From: Octopus vulgaris
Lineage: Eukaryota
NCBI GenBank assembly: GCA_951406725.2
Contig: OX597817.1
Span: forward strand, 81,468,001 to 81,532,000
Direction: 5' to 3'
DNA length: 64,000 nt
A program made the position numbers and the translations under genes. The notes below the pieces were generated by a model. The model saw nothing but the letters and a program-made list of their open reading frames with translations. It was not told where the DNA came from and did not search any database. Of this stretch, positions 37,601 through 52,047 are shown in pieces. How positions within the stretch are numbered: the stretch's first letter is position 1; the number at the start of each line of letters is the position of its first letter.

Positions 37601-40600
37601 TAAGCTCTACTTAGTTTTGACATAAAGTCTTCAGTGAAATACCCAAAGTCTGATAGCTACATAGATATAGATACATCATATACTGTGTGATGAAAAAGTA
37701 TCATTAATCTTAGGGGTTTCCATCTAATAGGACTTGATAACACAGTCTTTGTCCTTGAGTGGCAACTGTTTTTTCCTATTTGCTCACCCCAAGAAAGTAT
37801 GAAAAATAGCTAATATTTTCTTCAAACTTTGATTTTGTTACATTTATTCAAATCCCAAAGAATCCCTCTCAACACATAACTATGATATTCCCTGACTACT
37901 ACTGCTCATGATCAGTGCACATATTGTTAGCCACTAAGGGACATGTTCAAGTAGTTCAGGTCAAACAAATCTGTGGTATTGAGCAGAATATTTGCTATAA
38001 CAATATTTCTGCTTCAGCAACTCAGTGCTGAATCTGTCTGAAATGTAATGGAAAATAGGTCAGTTTCAAAACATTGATGTCCAGGTCACAAAAGCAAAGT
38101 TTGAAGGGAATAGTCATTTCCTTTGATTTCTAGATAGAAGCAAATCAGAAATAACACTTACTGACCAAAGACAAAAGAAATAATTTTGTTACATCGTGTA
38201 ATGTGATAAAGGAAAGAGAAGCACTGGCACATAGTTACTGAGATGCTAAGGAAGCTAATAGTAGATGAATGGCTAGTGAGGGCTATGTAAGCTTTGTATG
38301 AAGGGTCAATTAGCAAGTTGAAACTAAACTATATGTAAAAATGTAAAGACCCCCTTCACTCATGAATGACAATGGGGTTGCCCTAGAAAGTTACCCTCTG
38401 TGGCACAAGTCCAAGCAATGTGGTTTATGAAAGACCAGGATTTGCCCATACATACCAACTTCCTCCCTCCATACCATTGATGCTATCTAAAGGAAAGGCA
38501 AAGGCTGATACAGCGACATCGCAATTCGTTTCTACAGCTGAGTAAACTGAAACAGTGTGAAATAAAGTGTCTTGCTCAAGAACACAGCTCACAACCCAGT
38601 CCGGGAATCAAACTCACTACCTCATGATTGTGAGCCCAACACTCTAACCACTGAGCCATTCACCTTCACATATATATGTAATATAATGTTTATAAAGTTC
38701 TAGAAATTTAGAGGGCACTGGATAGATATGCTAGACTCTCTTTAAACCAAGTATAATTGTGATAGTTTAGTTTAGTTCTGGAAACTTGCTCACAAACATT
38801 TGTGTTCGAGCCAAGACTGAGTATGGCTACTTTAAATTGACAACATTTTTTAAGGTCAATTTCAATAATAAAGAGACTAAAAACTTTGCCTTAAACAAGC
38901 TAGGATTTGGTTATATTTTCAAAAAGGGAATTAATTTCAAAATAGATATGTAATTCACCATGAATATTGTTTCCCATTTCAGAAACGTATGATTCATTTT
39001 ATGTCTTTTATCTATGTTAGCATGGGTTAGTCTAATATGTTACACGGGTATTATTTTGCAGCCAGATGCCCTTCTTGATATTAACTCTTATCTGTTTACA
39101 AATAAAGGATCCCTTATTCCACAGGTTTGAAAGCCAGCAGGTGAGGCCAAACAGAACAGTGCACAAACAACTTGATTTTTGAATAAGCAAATAGACAGGG
39201 ATGTAGACAATCACACAGATACACATGCATGCACACACACAATGTATATTTATACTTTTGTACAGCACAATTTAAACCTTAAATTGTATGACAACCAGTA
39301 TTTAGAACTCTATATGTGTTTTTGTTCATGTACTGCAATTGTATCCTTTGTTATTAAATCTGGGTTTGAATGTTACAAAGTATATGTAGAAAACAAAACA
39401 AGACATGAGAGATTTAAATATAAGATATATAGTTACACCATTGCACATAAAATGGTGAAACTAGATACTTTGATAACAGTATCTCTCATGTTTTGTTTTA
39501 TACGTACATATATATATATATATGTATTTATACAACAGGCTTCTTTTTCAGGTTTTGTCAACCACAGGTAAACCAATACCTTTTGTGTGAAGTTGTTAAA
39601 TATAAAGTGTGTATGTGTGAGTGAGTTCATATTCCCCATTGTTTTTACATGTGTAAAAGCCTCATTCATATAGAGTGTTACTCAACCATTTTTAACCTAC
39701 AGAACCCCTTTGATTCCTATTTTACTTGGATGTACCCTCAGCCATCCAATGTTTAAAAAAATCATTTATTTTTAAAATTAAATATTATTAGGAATTGCAT
39801 TAAAAAAAAAGTTTACATATTCTGTGTATTGTAGAAGTATGACCAATTTATTGCAGATAAATTTTAACAACAAAATCTCATGTGGATTCCTAAGAGTCAT
39901 ATTGACCTCAATTGAGAACCACTGGGTCATCTGCAGTCCCACCATGAAAGAATGTCAGAGTTTTTTGACATGTCTTAATATAGGCATCACTACAGAGCAC
40001 TGTACAATGGAGACAAGCACAGTTTGAACACAAAAAAGCACATTTTATGCTTTATTATTTTCATGTCAAAATACATTTTTTCTATGGAAAATTATATATT
40101 ATTTGAAAGCTTTGGATATGAACTTCCTTCTCATCTAGTTTTAATTAAAATCCAACTGTTATATGTCATGTCAGAGTCCCTCAAACACACTGGTATTTCC
40201 ACGCATTTGCAAAATTTGTCCCAGTTTTCTTTTTGACTGCTACTGTTTGGCAGTCAAAAAGAAAACTGGGACAAATTCATTCTAGTTCAGTGCACTTAAG
40301 TACTATAACTTGAGTTGTGTTGAAAATCATACTATCATGTAGATGAATGTTTCAGCTTCCTTTTGATATAAAACTCAATGGGGGCAGGAGAGATAATTGT
40401 TACAAAATATAAAAGTGAAAATTTTGTTAATTTTCACTTAGAAAAGAACAATTTCTTGAAGATTTTTATACCATAAGAAAGAAAAATTTCTTGCTAATTC
40501 ATCATGGCCATTGCCAGTTCTGGTCACAGTATAGTGAAAAAGTGCAAAGTCAAAGAAGATGGTGGTACATGGACGTTATATGACTTTTTGTATATGAGGG

Positions 40601-43600
40601 ATTTACATGCAGCGAGAGGTCATACAGAAGACAAATTCATGGCTTCAAATATCAATTTTGATCCAGAATTTCAAGAAATGGATAAATTAATTGGTAAATA
40701 AACATACTTCTATGAGAATTTACACTAATTGGGTTAAACAGTGCTTCTAGAGTCCAAAATTAGCATATAGTCATTGTACTGATAATGTTGTTTATTCCTT
40801 TCCCTTTCATCCTTTCGGGGTCAATAAATTAAGTACCTGTTGCGTACTGGGTCGATCTAATCGACTGCCCTCCCTCCCCAAAAATTTCAGGCCTTGTGCC
40901 TAGATTAGAAAAGAATGTTTATTCCTTCTCGCTGTGTGCCAAACAATGTGTGGATTTTAACTCGTGCATATTCTTGTACAAGTGAATTTCATTTTTCTTA
41001 GAGAAATATTGGTCTAATTTCATCACTAAAATTTATATTGTGCAAAAAATATTATTTTGTACACTATTAAAAGTCCAATGTGATGTTTTTTAATTTTTTT
41101 ACCAAATTTTGAATACAGTTGAATATTTTGTCATAATGTTTGCATTTTCACAAGTAAGATTCATTTTAGGTTTGTTTTTTGTTTTTTTGTGTGTGTCTCT
41201 CTCTCCTACTAAAGAGTTTGCTGTAACTTACAGGTGTTTTTAATGTTAAAGCAAGCAATTAATTTTCAGATGTTACCATTTATGAATGGCAGGCATATGA
41301 ACTGAATCATGGCCATATTTGGCAATGACCATAATGAATTAGTGAGAAATTCTTCCTTCGTTTGGTATAAAAATCTTCAAGAGATTGTTCTTTTCTAAGT
41401 GAAAATTTATAAAATTTTCACGTTTATATTTTGTAATGATTATCTGATCAACTCCCATTAAGTCTTATATCAAAATAAAGCTAAACCATTCATCTACATG
41501 AGCGTATGATTTTCAACACAACTCGAGTTATAGCACACAAGTACATTGAACTAGAACAAGGGCTATTGTTCAGCAGACAAAAAAAAAAATACTGGATAGA
41601 TTTTGTGAATCAATGGAAATAACAGAGTGTTTGAAGGACCCTAACATTTTAGGTAAGTGTCAGATTTTGATTAAAAGTATACGAGGACAAAGTTCACATC
41701 CCAAACTTTCAAATGATATATAATTTTCCTAGGAAAAAGGTATTTTGTCATGAAAATGACGTACAAAAAATGGGTTTTTGCATGATCAAACTGTGTCGCC
41801 CCCTCCTACAGAGCTCTGCAATGATACTTATTAAATTTATTGTAAAGCTCCAAACTTAGTGAAGATTCAGTTTTATACCCTGTATCTGTGTATCAAAACT
41901 GAGCCCCCTACAGATAATGGATCGCAATATAACCAAGGCTGAATATACATGAAATGCTTGCAATAGCTGTAATTTCATTCAATTATTTGGAGGCCTGAGT
42001 TTCAGATCATGATGCTCGCATGAGATGGATTTTCTCTATTGTAACATATTTATCCCATTGTTTTTTCACTGTAGCCTTGGAAATGAAGAGTGGAAGCTTT
42101 TTATGAAACAAAATTTACACCACCCACCCACCTCCAAACCAAGAGAAAATTGAATTTATGTAGGTATCCTGATCTGAAATGGTGTCATGTTCCAAAATCT
42201 CAGGATTTATTTACCTCTATGGTCACTATCAATTAGTGTAATTTGAAGATGATTATCAGCTCAGTTTCAAAGATAGGACAGCACAAATATAGCTACTTAT
42301 TCATTTAGGTAAATTAGGCCATTTAAATGATATTTTCTAAAATATTCAATTTTCACAAATGAAGTATCAAAATATTCTTTTTTTTTTTTGGTGGTGGGGT
42401 GTTGCTCTCCAAGCAAAAGGACTGTAGGAATTACACTTAAATATTTTCAAAAATTCACAGTGATACCTACTTCATATGTCATGCGATCTTAGTAAACAAC
42501 AACTTCAATAGACTATGGAATTATTACCTTGCTTGGAAGCAGGTGAGGGTTGGCATCAGGATGGGATGAAAACTCTTCCTCAATGAAATCTTGTCTGATC
42601 CATGCAAGCATGGAAAATTAGATGTTAAAACAATAATGATGCTGATATATATACTCACATATGTGTGTGTAATAATGTCTTACCTTTTCGAATTATGTAC
42701 AGCTGTACCACCGATAACAATACGCACACCAGTTACAGATCTGTTAATGCAGTGCACAGTTAGAGCCTCTTCATATGTTGTTCCACCAATCATAAATACT
42801 ATAATGTCTTGTGGACTGAAAGTAGAAGAATTAAAACATTTCAGCAACAAAATATATCTTAACCTCTAATTGCTTTAGTTTATATTTTAGTCTTCATGAG
42901 CCTTTTTGATACAAACTCGCCTGATACTGCCCCTGGTTCTGTATTACAAACTTCCTGTCTGGAACTTACCTATGTTAAAATCTTGCTCTGAAATTTCATA
43001 TTTATTTAAGTTGCAAAACCTGCTTAATACTGATAGTCATTTTATTAATTTCTTTATTATTTTCAAAATCAACTGAAATAATCGTACTGTATTTTAACAA
43101 ATGTATGGTAACAAAAGGTTATGTTTATGTATTTGTTTTGCAAAATTCCTGATGTGAAATTGTGTGTCGAAATAGATATTGTTATACTCTTGGATGTCTC
43201 CTTGGGCTAAATTACAGCAACATTCATCCTAAACCAAGACTGCCGTGTTATGTTGGCAAAAAGCTTTACTCCAAAGAACTGTTGCTGAATATCTCTCCTT
43301 GTGAGATTTAAAAATAGTCATTTTCTAATTTATAGATCAGTGACTAGTTGTCACTTTGAAAACTATATATATCGAACAGGAATTTGGCAGCGCCATCTCT
43401 AGCTGAACAATTATTCAGTGCTGATGAATGGAAATAACCCCGAAATCACGATACACGGATATTGTTTTGAGCTGAGTGGGGGTGCTAGATTCCTTTGTTC
43501 GAAAATATAAGAACACAGATCATGTCGTTTAGCCAGCTGGAGATGATGTCTCCTGGGGCTAAATTGCAGCAATATTTGTACTAAACCAGGACTGCCATGT

Positions 43601-46600
43601 TATGTTGGCAAAAACCTTTACTCCAATCTTTCAGTTTCTATGCTTTTAATGAATGCTATGCTTTAAAAATGATTGTCTTATTTAACACCTAAAATCCAAA
43701 GTCTTAGTTTGCTACGAATTAAACCAATTTAAGTTTGACAGGAGAAAACAAACAGTTTTCACATATACAGTTGATATCAAAACTATAGTTTAGTGCTGTG
43801 GCTTCTGCACCTTCTTCACCATCACTAAAAAAAACTCACACAGATATGCATGCATACACACATACACACACACAACCCATCTGGAGCAAAGTATGGCTGA
43901 ACATAGAATCTTGGGAAGAGAATGCAAATCCTTAATTGCATTCTCTATAAAAATCTGCAAGATTTCTTGAGATTTAAAGGATGGCAGTTAAATTATACTT
44001 TCCTTCACAACCTTACTACCAAGTCAGTGGTTGGTCAAAATTTACTCTACATTAAAAAGCAAAAGAGAATGGGACAGACAGACAGACAGACACACACACA
44101 CATGTGTAATGCTGGGCTTCTTTTTCATTTTCAATCTATCTAATTCACTCACAAGGTTTTGGCCAGCCTGGGACCATAGTAGAAAATACTTGCCCAAGGT
44201 GCCACATTGTGAGACTGAACCCAAGACTGAATGGTTGAGAAGCAAGTTTCATAACCACGCAGTCAAACCTGCACCTAAGTCTAAATGTTTAACCTTTAAA
44301 TAACTTGCTTGTGATCATTACTTTTTTTTTCCCTGAAATTAAATTTTAAAAAAAGCAAAAAGCAGGATTTCCACATGTTTGGCATCCAATGACTCAGTTA
44401 CTTCTTTCATATAATACGTAACAATATTACACTTGTGTCAATGTATAATGTTCCCCACAACAATAGAACTTATCAGTAACAAATATACAAAGTAGTATAT
44501 TTCAAATGTTCAGCCTTGTCACATTCTGTGTCACGCTGAATCTCCTTGAGAACTACATTAAGGGTACATATGTCTGTGGAGTGCTTAGCCACTTGCATGT
44601 TAATTTCACAAGCAGGCTAAACATTGATCAGATCAATTGGAACCCTTGTCATCATAACCAGTGGAGTGCCAGTAATGCAACCTGAAATATGTGGCAGCAC
44701 CAATAAGTTCCAGTAACAGGCAGTGATGCATTAATAAATAACTAGTATGATGATAATGTTTTGTTTGAATGCTGTGATAGCCCCAGTATAGCATTCCATC
44801 AACTATGTACTTCATCAAATTTTTATCTCTTCTTAAAGTAGATCAAAATTTTTGATGATTATACCTTCAATGCTGATATCAAAATCAGTAAAACAAGGCT
44901 TGAACAGCATGTCACAAACTCAAGAGAGTATGGAAATCAAGATTGTCAAGAGGAACAAAAATCAAACTGATCCTTGCCACTGCTGAGTCAGTGCTTTTGG
45001 AAGTGGGACATGGACATTTACCAAACAAGCAAAGAAGAGTGTAGTTGGCAGCTATAGATGGAATCTATGAAGAGTCCTGGATGTGAAATGGCAACAGCAC
45101 ATGATCAATGAGTATTTCTATAGGATCCTTCCAAATGTGGCCAACAAGATTGGAGAATGACGTCTCTATATATCAGGTCATTGCAAGCAGCACCAGGAAG
45201 AAGAAGCATCAAAACTTGTGTTCTGGGAATCACATGATACTAGCAAATGAGGGAGATGTTGTCTGATATTTATTGACAACCTGAAAGAGGACATAGGATT
45301 GGATTCTATTCACAAACTGAAAATGGTGATAATGGATTAAGATGTTTGACAAAAAAAGGCTTTGTCTTCACAGGCCACGTAGGAACACAGCTAAAGTAAA
45401 TTATGCTTTTGGAAAGTTTTGAACATCTTGACTTAGGGAAACATCACAACTAGGGGAAAAACCCAAAATGATCTATCACTTTGTCCCTCCTTTCTCACTA
45501 ACCTTTAACACTAGTCCCTTCTCCTATCCATTACATTCACTCTTCCCCTATGGTGCCTATTCTGCTACTCTCTCCACAATCATAACTCTGTCTTCCCTCA
45601 TTTTAGCCTCTCTTAGCATCTCACCTACAATTATCACACTCTCCCCTATTATTCTAAAGGTTGTAGAGGGCCCTTTTATTATTTTTTTTTTTAGTTTTTT
45701 TTAGTTTTGCCTGTTGCATTGGTGCTGGTGGTATGAAAAAAGCACCCAGTATAATCTGTAAAGGGGCTGGTGTGAGGAAGGGCAGTATCCAGCCATAGAA
45801 AACTAGGCCAAAACAGAGACATTGGAACATGACACAGTTCTCAAGACCTTTGTCAAATTATGAAATCCATGCCAGCCTGAAAAAGCAGACATAAAATGAT
45901 GATGATGATAATGGTAATATTTTTAATTTTGGCAAAAAAAGTAATTTAGATGAAAGGAAGTTCTGATGGTGCACTAATATTCATTGTATGACTCAATCTA
46001 GATGAATAAAAGATAAAAGGATGAATAAAAGAGAGTAAAGAAATATCATTTGTATCACTCACCGATCTTTCAATTGCCCAGTCCCTAAATAAGGATAACT
46101 GGATTCCTTCAGCTTGCCCTTTGTTAGTTGATCTAATATGGAATGTAACAGAGGTTTGTGCTGTGTGTAGACATTTTCAACACCCTGAAAGTAGTAAGAC
46201 AGCAGAATGTAAACAGAACTAAACCACTCTAGAAAAAAATTCTAGACTTTAAGATGCAAGAAATTTGTGCTGATAATTGGGTTTCATTTTTTTTGTTAAG
46301 CCCCAAGTCAGCCCTGACTGAACAGACCTTATGATCAAAGACACTCTAATCATGATCATTTCTTCCACTCAAACAATTTGATCAATAAACCTACATTATT
46401 TTGAGATGGTATGGCTGTTGATTCTTGCAGGTTCGACAATTGTGAAGACCCTCTCATCCCATCATTGGCTTATTTTATTTTTAAATCCAAAGAGGCTGAC
46501 AAATGGTCGTGTGTCTAAATTTTAATTGCATCCATATTTTGTACACTCAGGTTGCTATGTTGGTTGATTTCAAATCCACAAGTCAGATATAAACATGAGA

Positions 46601-49600
46601 AATGGCATAAAGCTAAAAAAAACAATGTTCTTGATACACTAATTGAGAAATGAAAGATGAGATAGTCATGACTGAAAAGCCTTTTATTACCTGAGGTTAA
46701 ACAAAATCTAAAAATTTGGGGAGAAAAATACAAAAAACACCACATCAATGGTAGAAATGGACAGGGTTGAACTTAATTTCCATACCATAATTAATAATTA
46801 TGTAGACATGAAGTTGATTGGAAAGAGTCCAAAAAAGAGTAGTGTGTGAATGCCTTCTACCTACATAGCCTGAAATGGATCCTGGACATCAAGTGAACTG
46901 ACCAAATCACCAACAATGGCTTGCTAGTTTCATTATCCATGTCACCAACAATGGCTTGCCAGTTTCCTTATCCAGTTGCAACAAAGATATCTTTGCTGGC
47001 TGAGCCATGTACATTGCAGATGGAAGGATACTAAAAAAATCTGCAGTATGGTGAACTGGTCTCTGGTCAAAGAACATAGGGATGTCCTCATTGTCATCTG
47101 AAAGTTGTCTGCAGGATAGACATGAAGTCTCTTTTCATGAGTGTTGAAAAATGGAAGCACATTGCTGGTGACCACTGGAACTAGACAAGGGTTTAAAAAT
47201 GCAAGAGGAGAAGTTGAGGCTTATTGATGAAATAAAGCAAAATTCATGGGAAAACATTCCCAAGACAATGCCTTCAAATGCTGTTACTGCATCCATGACT
47301 CATTTATGTATGAGTATACAATCACAACAGACACTACTCTTTCTTCTTAGTTTTACATATTCTAGTCATTTGACTGCAGCTATGCCAGAGCACTGTCTTA
47401 AAGAGTTTTAGTTGAAGAAATCAACCCCAGGACATATTCTTTGTAAGCGTAGTGCTTATTCTGTCAGTCTCTTTTACTGAACCAATAAATTACAGGGACA
47501 TAAACACACAAACATCAGTTGTCGAGCAATGGTGAGGAGACATACAAAGACACACACACATAATATATATATATACACACACACACAGACTTCTTTCAGT
47601 TTCCATCTACCAAATCCACACACAAGACTTTGGTCAGCCCGATGCTATAGTAGAAGATATTTGCCCAATGTATCATGCAGTGGGACTAAACCTGGAACCA
47701 TGTAGTTGAGAAGCAAGCTTCTTACCACACAGGCACATTTGCACCTATGAGTTCACTCTGCCGACAATACTAAAACATGACCAGATCTATGGCCTTACAA
47801 GACTAATGGATATCTCCAATTTGGATATGAAACTGACTGGAAATAATTCTGTAGTATTGTGTAGTCTTGTAGGTACTAAAGAAATGAGATATAGATGAAT
47901 AATTTGTGAAAACTGATGCACCTACATATAACAATGTTGTAAGTAAGGTTAGTGTTGAAAGCAAGGAATTTTGTGTACAAATAGATAATCTCATTTCTTC
48001 ATTCCCTTCTATTTATTGAGTGATAATTCAAAGGGACATATTTGCTGATGACCTGCTTCTTAAAACAGAAAGTGATTAGAGATTTCAAAGTATAAAATTA
48101 ATTATCTTAGAAGAATGACTGATAAGACAAAAACCAAAATGCTAATATTAATAAAAGAGCACATGCAAGCTTTTTTGGCCTTACTCTGTAGCTAGTACAG
48201 TGAAATCTTTACTCAGAGGATGCCATGAAAGTGTCGTGGGCCATGGTTTGTCCTTGACTGGTTTAAATAGTAATTGTCAAGTTAATAAAGCAGTAGTCAA
48301 TTAACAAGGTGATTAGCTGTTAATTGGCAACTGGTCCACACACACATACATACATACACACATAAAGTAGACAGCTTCTGTAAATGAATTAACTAGTTTC
48401 GTACCTTTAATCCTTTCAGGAAACGCTTTGTTATTGCAACAGGATCTTCATTCTCAAACAGATCTGTTCCTCGTGCTTGGCTCCCTCCATAATCAAGGAG
48501 TGCTTGCACCTTCTGGGGTGAAAAACAAAAAGAAATAACAAGAACAAAAATAATCAAATTTAATATTTCAGAATCCTTAAAATGTATCCTTGAAATCCAA
48601 TTGTCATTTATATTAACAGAAATTTCAAATTAAACACTATTCAGACACGGTTGTGTGGTAACAAGCTTGGTTCCTAACCACACTTTTGAGTAGATGAGGC
48701 ATGTAAAGATGAAGAGAAAGAGTAAAACACAAAGGAGATAACCAACATTACAATAATTTGATGTCAAGCCGACGTAAACCAGATGTTAAAAGTAACAAAT
48801 TTACCTTTTCTTGTCCTCCTAATGTTAAGTCGTATATCAATGAACAACAGACAACTCAATCCTGCCTCAGATGCACATATAAAGACAAATCTAAATGTCC
48901 TCTAGGAAAGGAGTGCAATATATCTTCAGTTGTTTATGAAGCATAGATTTCAACAAATTACGACAATGGTCGTACAGATATCAAACATAAATATTGAAGC
49001 CATAGAAGGAAAACTTAAATCTAGATAAAACAACTATCTTTCAAATATTAGATACCATGATTAAAAGACATTCAACAACTCTTTTGGCTTTAATCTGGAA
49101 ACTTAAAGATGAAGGGACCAATTTCGACATCAAATAGAAAATCCTCTCCAAATCCAGACCCTATATTAACAGGTCTAAGAAATATTCATTGTGTTCTCTT
49201 GACAAACTGTATCTATTAAAAAACTTGAGAACCTCCAATGAATACATAAATTCAAGGAACAACATTTTTTCTGTATGTCTGCATTTCAAGAATTACATGT
49301 TGTCAGAATTTAAAAGTAGACTACCAGACACTTAGTGAGCCATTAACATCTGGTTTACATCTGCTTGACATCGAATTGTTGTAACATCGGCTACCTCCTC
49401 CAATGTTTTTCTCTTTGTATTCTTTACAAGTGTCTCTTGTTTAAACGTTATTTGCTCAAAAGACAACTGACAAATGGTCTTGTTTTCAGCTTGATAAATG
49501 GAGGAATAAATTATTATTTCCATCAGGAAATCCTGGGTAGCTGCATCTACAAGATTTAGAGAGTTTTATTTCAAGATTATCTTTACTCTCTTAGCTTTTG

Positions 49601-49604
49601 TATG

Positions 49605-49637
<33 letters not shown>

Positions 49638-50044
49638 GCGCAGGAGTGGCTGTGTGGTAAGTAGCTTGCTAACCAACCACATGGTTCCAGGTTCAGTCCC
49701 ACTGCGTGGCATCTTGGGCAAGTGTCTTCTGCTATAGCCAGGGGCCGACCAATGCGTTGTGAGTGTATTTGGTAGACGGAAACTGAAAGAAGCCTGTCGT
49801 ATATATGTATATATATATAAGTGTGTGTGTGTATATGTTTGTGTGTCTGTGTTTGTCCCCCTAGCATTGCTTGACAACCGATGCTGGTGTGTTTACGTCC
49901 CTGTCACTTAGCGGTTCGGCAAAAGAGACCAGCATGGCCGCAGTCAAAATGACTGAAACAAGTAAAAGAGTAAAGAGTATATCTATATATACACACACAT
50001 ATATCTATATACACACATATATCTATATACATATATATACATAC

Positions 50045-50075
<31 letters not shown>

Positions 50076-50384
50076 CATACATACATATATATATACATAC
50101 ATATAGGCGGTGAGCTGGCAGAGACGTTAGCGCGCCGGGTGAAATGCTTAGCGGTATTTCATCTGTCATTAAGTTCTGAGTTCAAATTCCGCCGCGGTCG
50201 ACTTTGCCTTTCATCCTTTCGGGGTCGATAGATAAAGTACCAGTTTCGCACTGGGGTCGATGTAATCGACTTAATCTCTTTGTCTGTCCTTGTTTGTCCT
50301 CTCTATGTTTAGCCCCTTGTAGGCAATAAAGAAATATATATATATATACATACATACATATATACATATATATATATGTATATG

Positions 50385-50421
<37 letters not shown>

Positions 50422-50904
50422 ATATATATATATATATGTATATATATATCAGTTATAAAATGAGATAGGGGTTGAAAATTCAACCCACCATGGGATAACA
50501 TATATCCAATATACTGCTAGAGAGGTACCCAACAAGACTAATACATAAATGTTAAAAATTGCCACGCAATTAATTCATTTACTGTATTATGAGGGCAAGG
50601 GTAAAAATATTACCGTAAATTAATAATACAAAATTAGAAAATGGAGAAACATACTTAAATCAATCAAACATCAACCATCAGATAATACCCAATCAATACT
50701 TTATTACACCATTACATAACAGCAAAGACATTATACAAAATATATTGTAAATATAATTAGACAAGGAAAAAGAAATATAAAATACAATTACATCATATCT
50801 GACAGCTGTTTCGGCCGTGAAGACAAGTATGCCTCATTTAACCTATAAGCCATATAAGGCAGGTATGATTGATTTAAGTATGTTTCTCCATTTTCTAATT
50901 TTGT

Positions 50905-50950
<46 letters not shown>

Positions 50951-52016
50951 GTGTATGGCGTTAGGAAGGGCATCCAGCTGTAGAAAGACTGCCAGATCTG
51001 ACTGGCCTGGTGCAGCCTTCGGGCTCCCCAGACCCCAGTTGAACCGTCCAACCCATGCTAGCATGGAAAGCGGACGTTAAACGATGATGATGATGATGAT
51101 GATGTATGTATGTATATGTATATATATATATGTATGTATAAGTGCTTTTGTATTTATTGAAGCATTACCATATGATATATATAACAGGTTTCCACACAGT
51201 TTCTCTCTACCAAATTCACTCACAAGTCATTGGTCAACCTAAGGCTGTAGCAGAAAACATTTGCCCATTGTGCTACACAGTGGGACTGAACCTGAAACCA
51301 TATTGCTTCAAAGTGAGCTTCTTAATAACACAGCTATGTCTGTTGTAATGTTTTATCTTATTTTTAAGGCAGAGGAATATGAGAAAGAAAGTATATTTAT
51401 TTCTTACTGAACGTAGTTTTTCATTGAGTCCCTTCTTCCGGAGTATATCTACAAGTCCTGAAATCTCATTGCTGCTGTGTTTCTCATAGCGTAGTGCATA
51501 GATCATAACAAGACGTAACATGTCGACATCACGGATTTTTTCCTTATTTAACAGGTTCTTAACTTTCTGCGGAATACAAAAAAAGAAAAGAAAAAAATAA
51601 GGAAGAAAGCTAAAATAATATCTTCAGACATACTTACAAATACACACACACAGAGAAAACCTTCTTGGTTGTGTTGCTTTTTGATTTCCCATAATGTTGT
51701 TGTTGTTGTTGTTTAGCCTTAAATCAATCCTGATTGACCAAATTTGTGATCAAAGATTTATAAAGTAATGCTATCACCTTCAACTGAATACCAGTGCAGG
51801 GTGCTTGTTTGAATCAGTTCACTTTGAAAATATCATGACTGATGGACCCTTGATGAAATTGCAGTGACTAGAATGCATAACTGCATACAAAAGAATGTGC
51901 AGTCACTGCAGTCGAAACGTATGTAGGTCAGAGTTATATATGCTGTAGAAAACTTTTTAGTAAAAAAATTTTGGATGTGAATAAATCTCCACTGTCCTCC
52001 TCGTTTATATTATTAC

Positions 52017-52047
<31 letters not shown>

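Noticed and set aside
49637-49710. tRNA-like sequences with A and B boxes
   Set aside because: They are SINE heads with no complete cloverleaf, and they continue into SINE body sequence.
49566-51080. Many YIYI-rich short ORFs, here and elsewhere
   Set aside because: They are artefacts of (TA)n microsatellites and SINEs.
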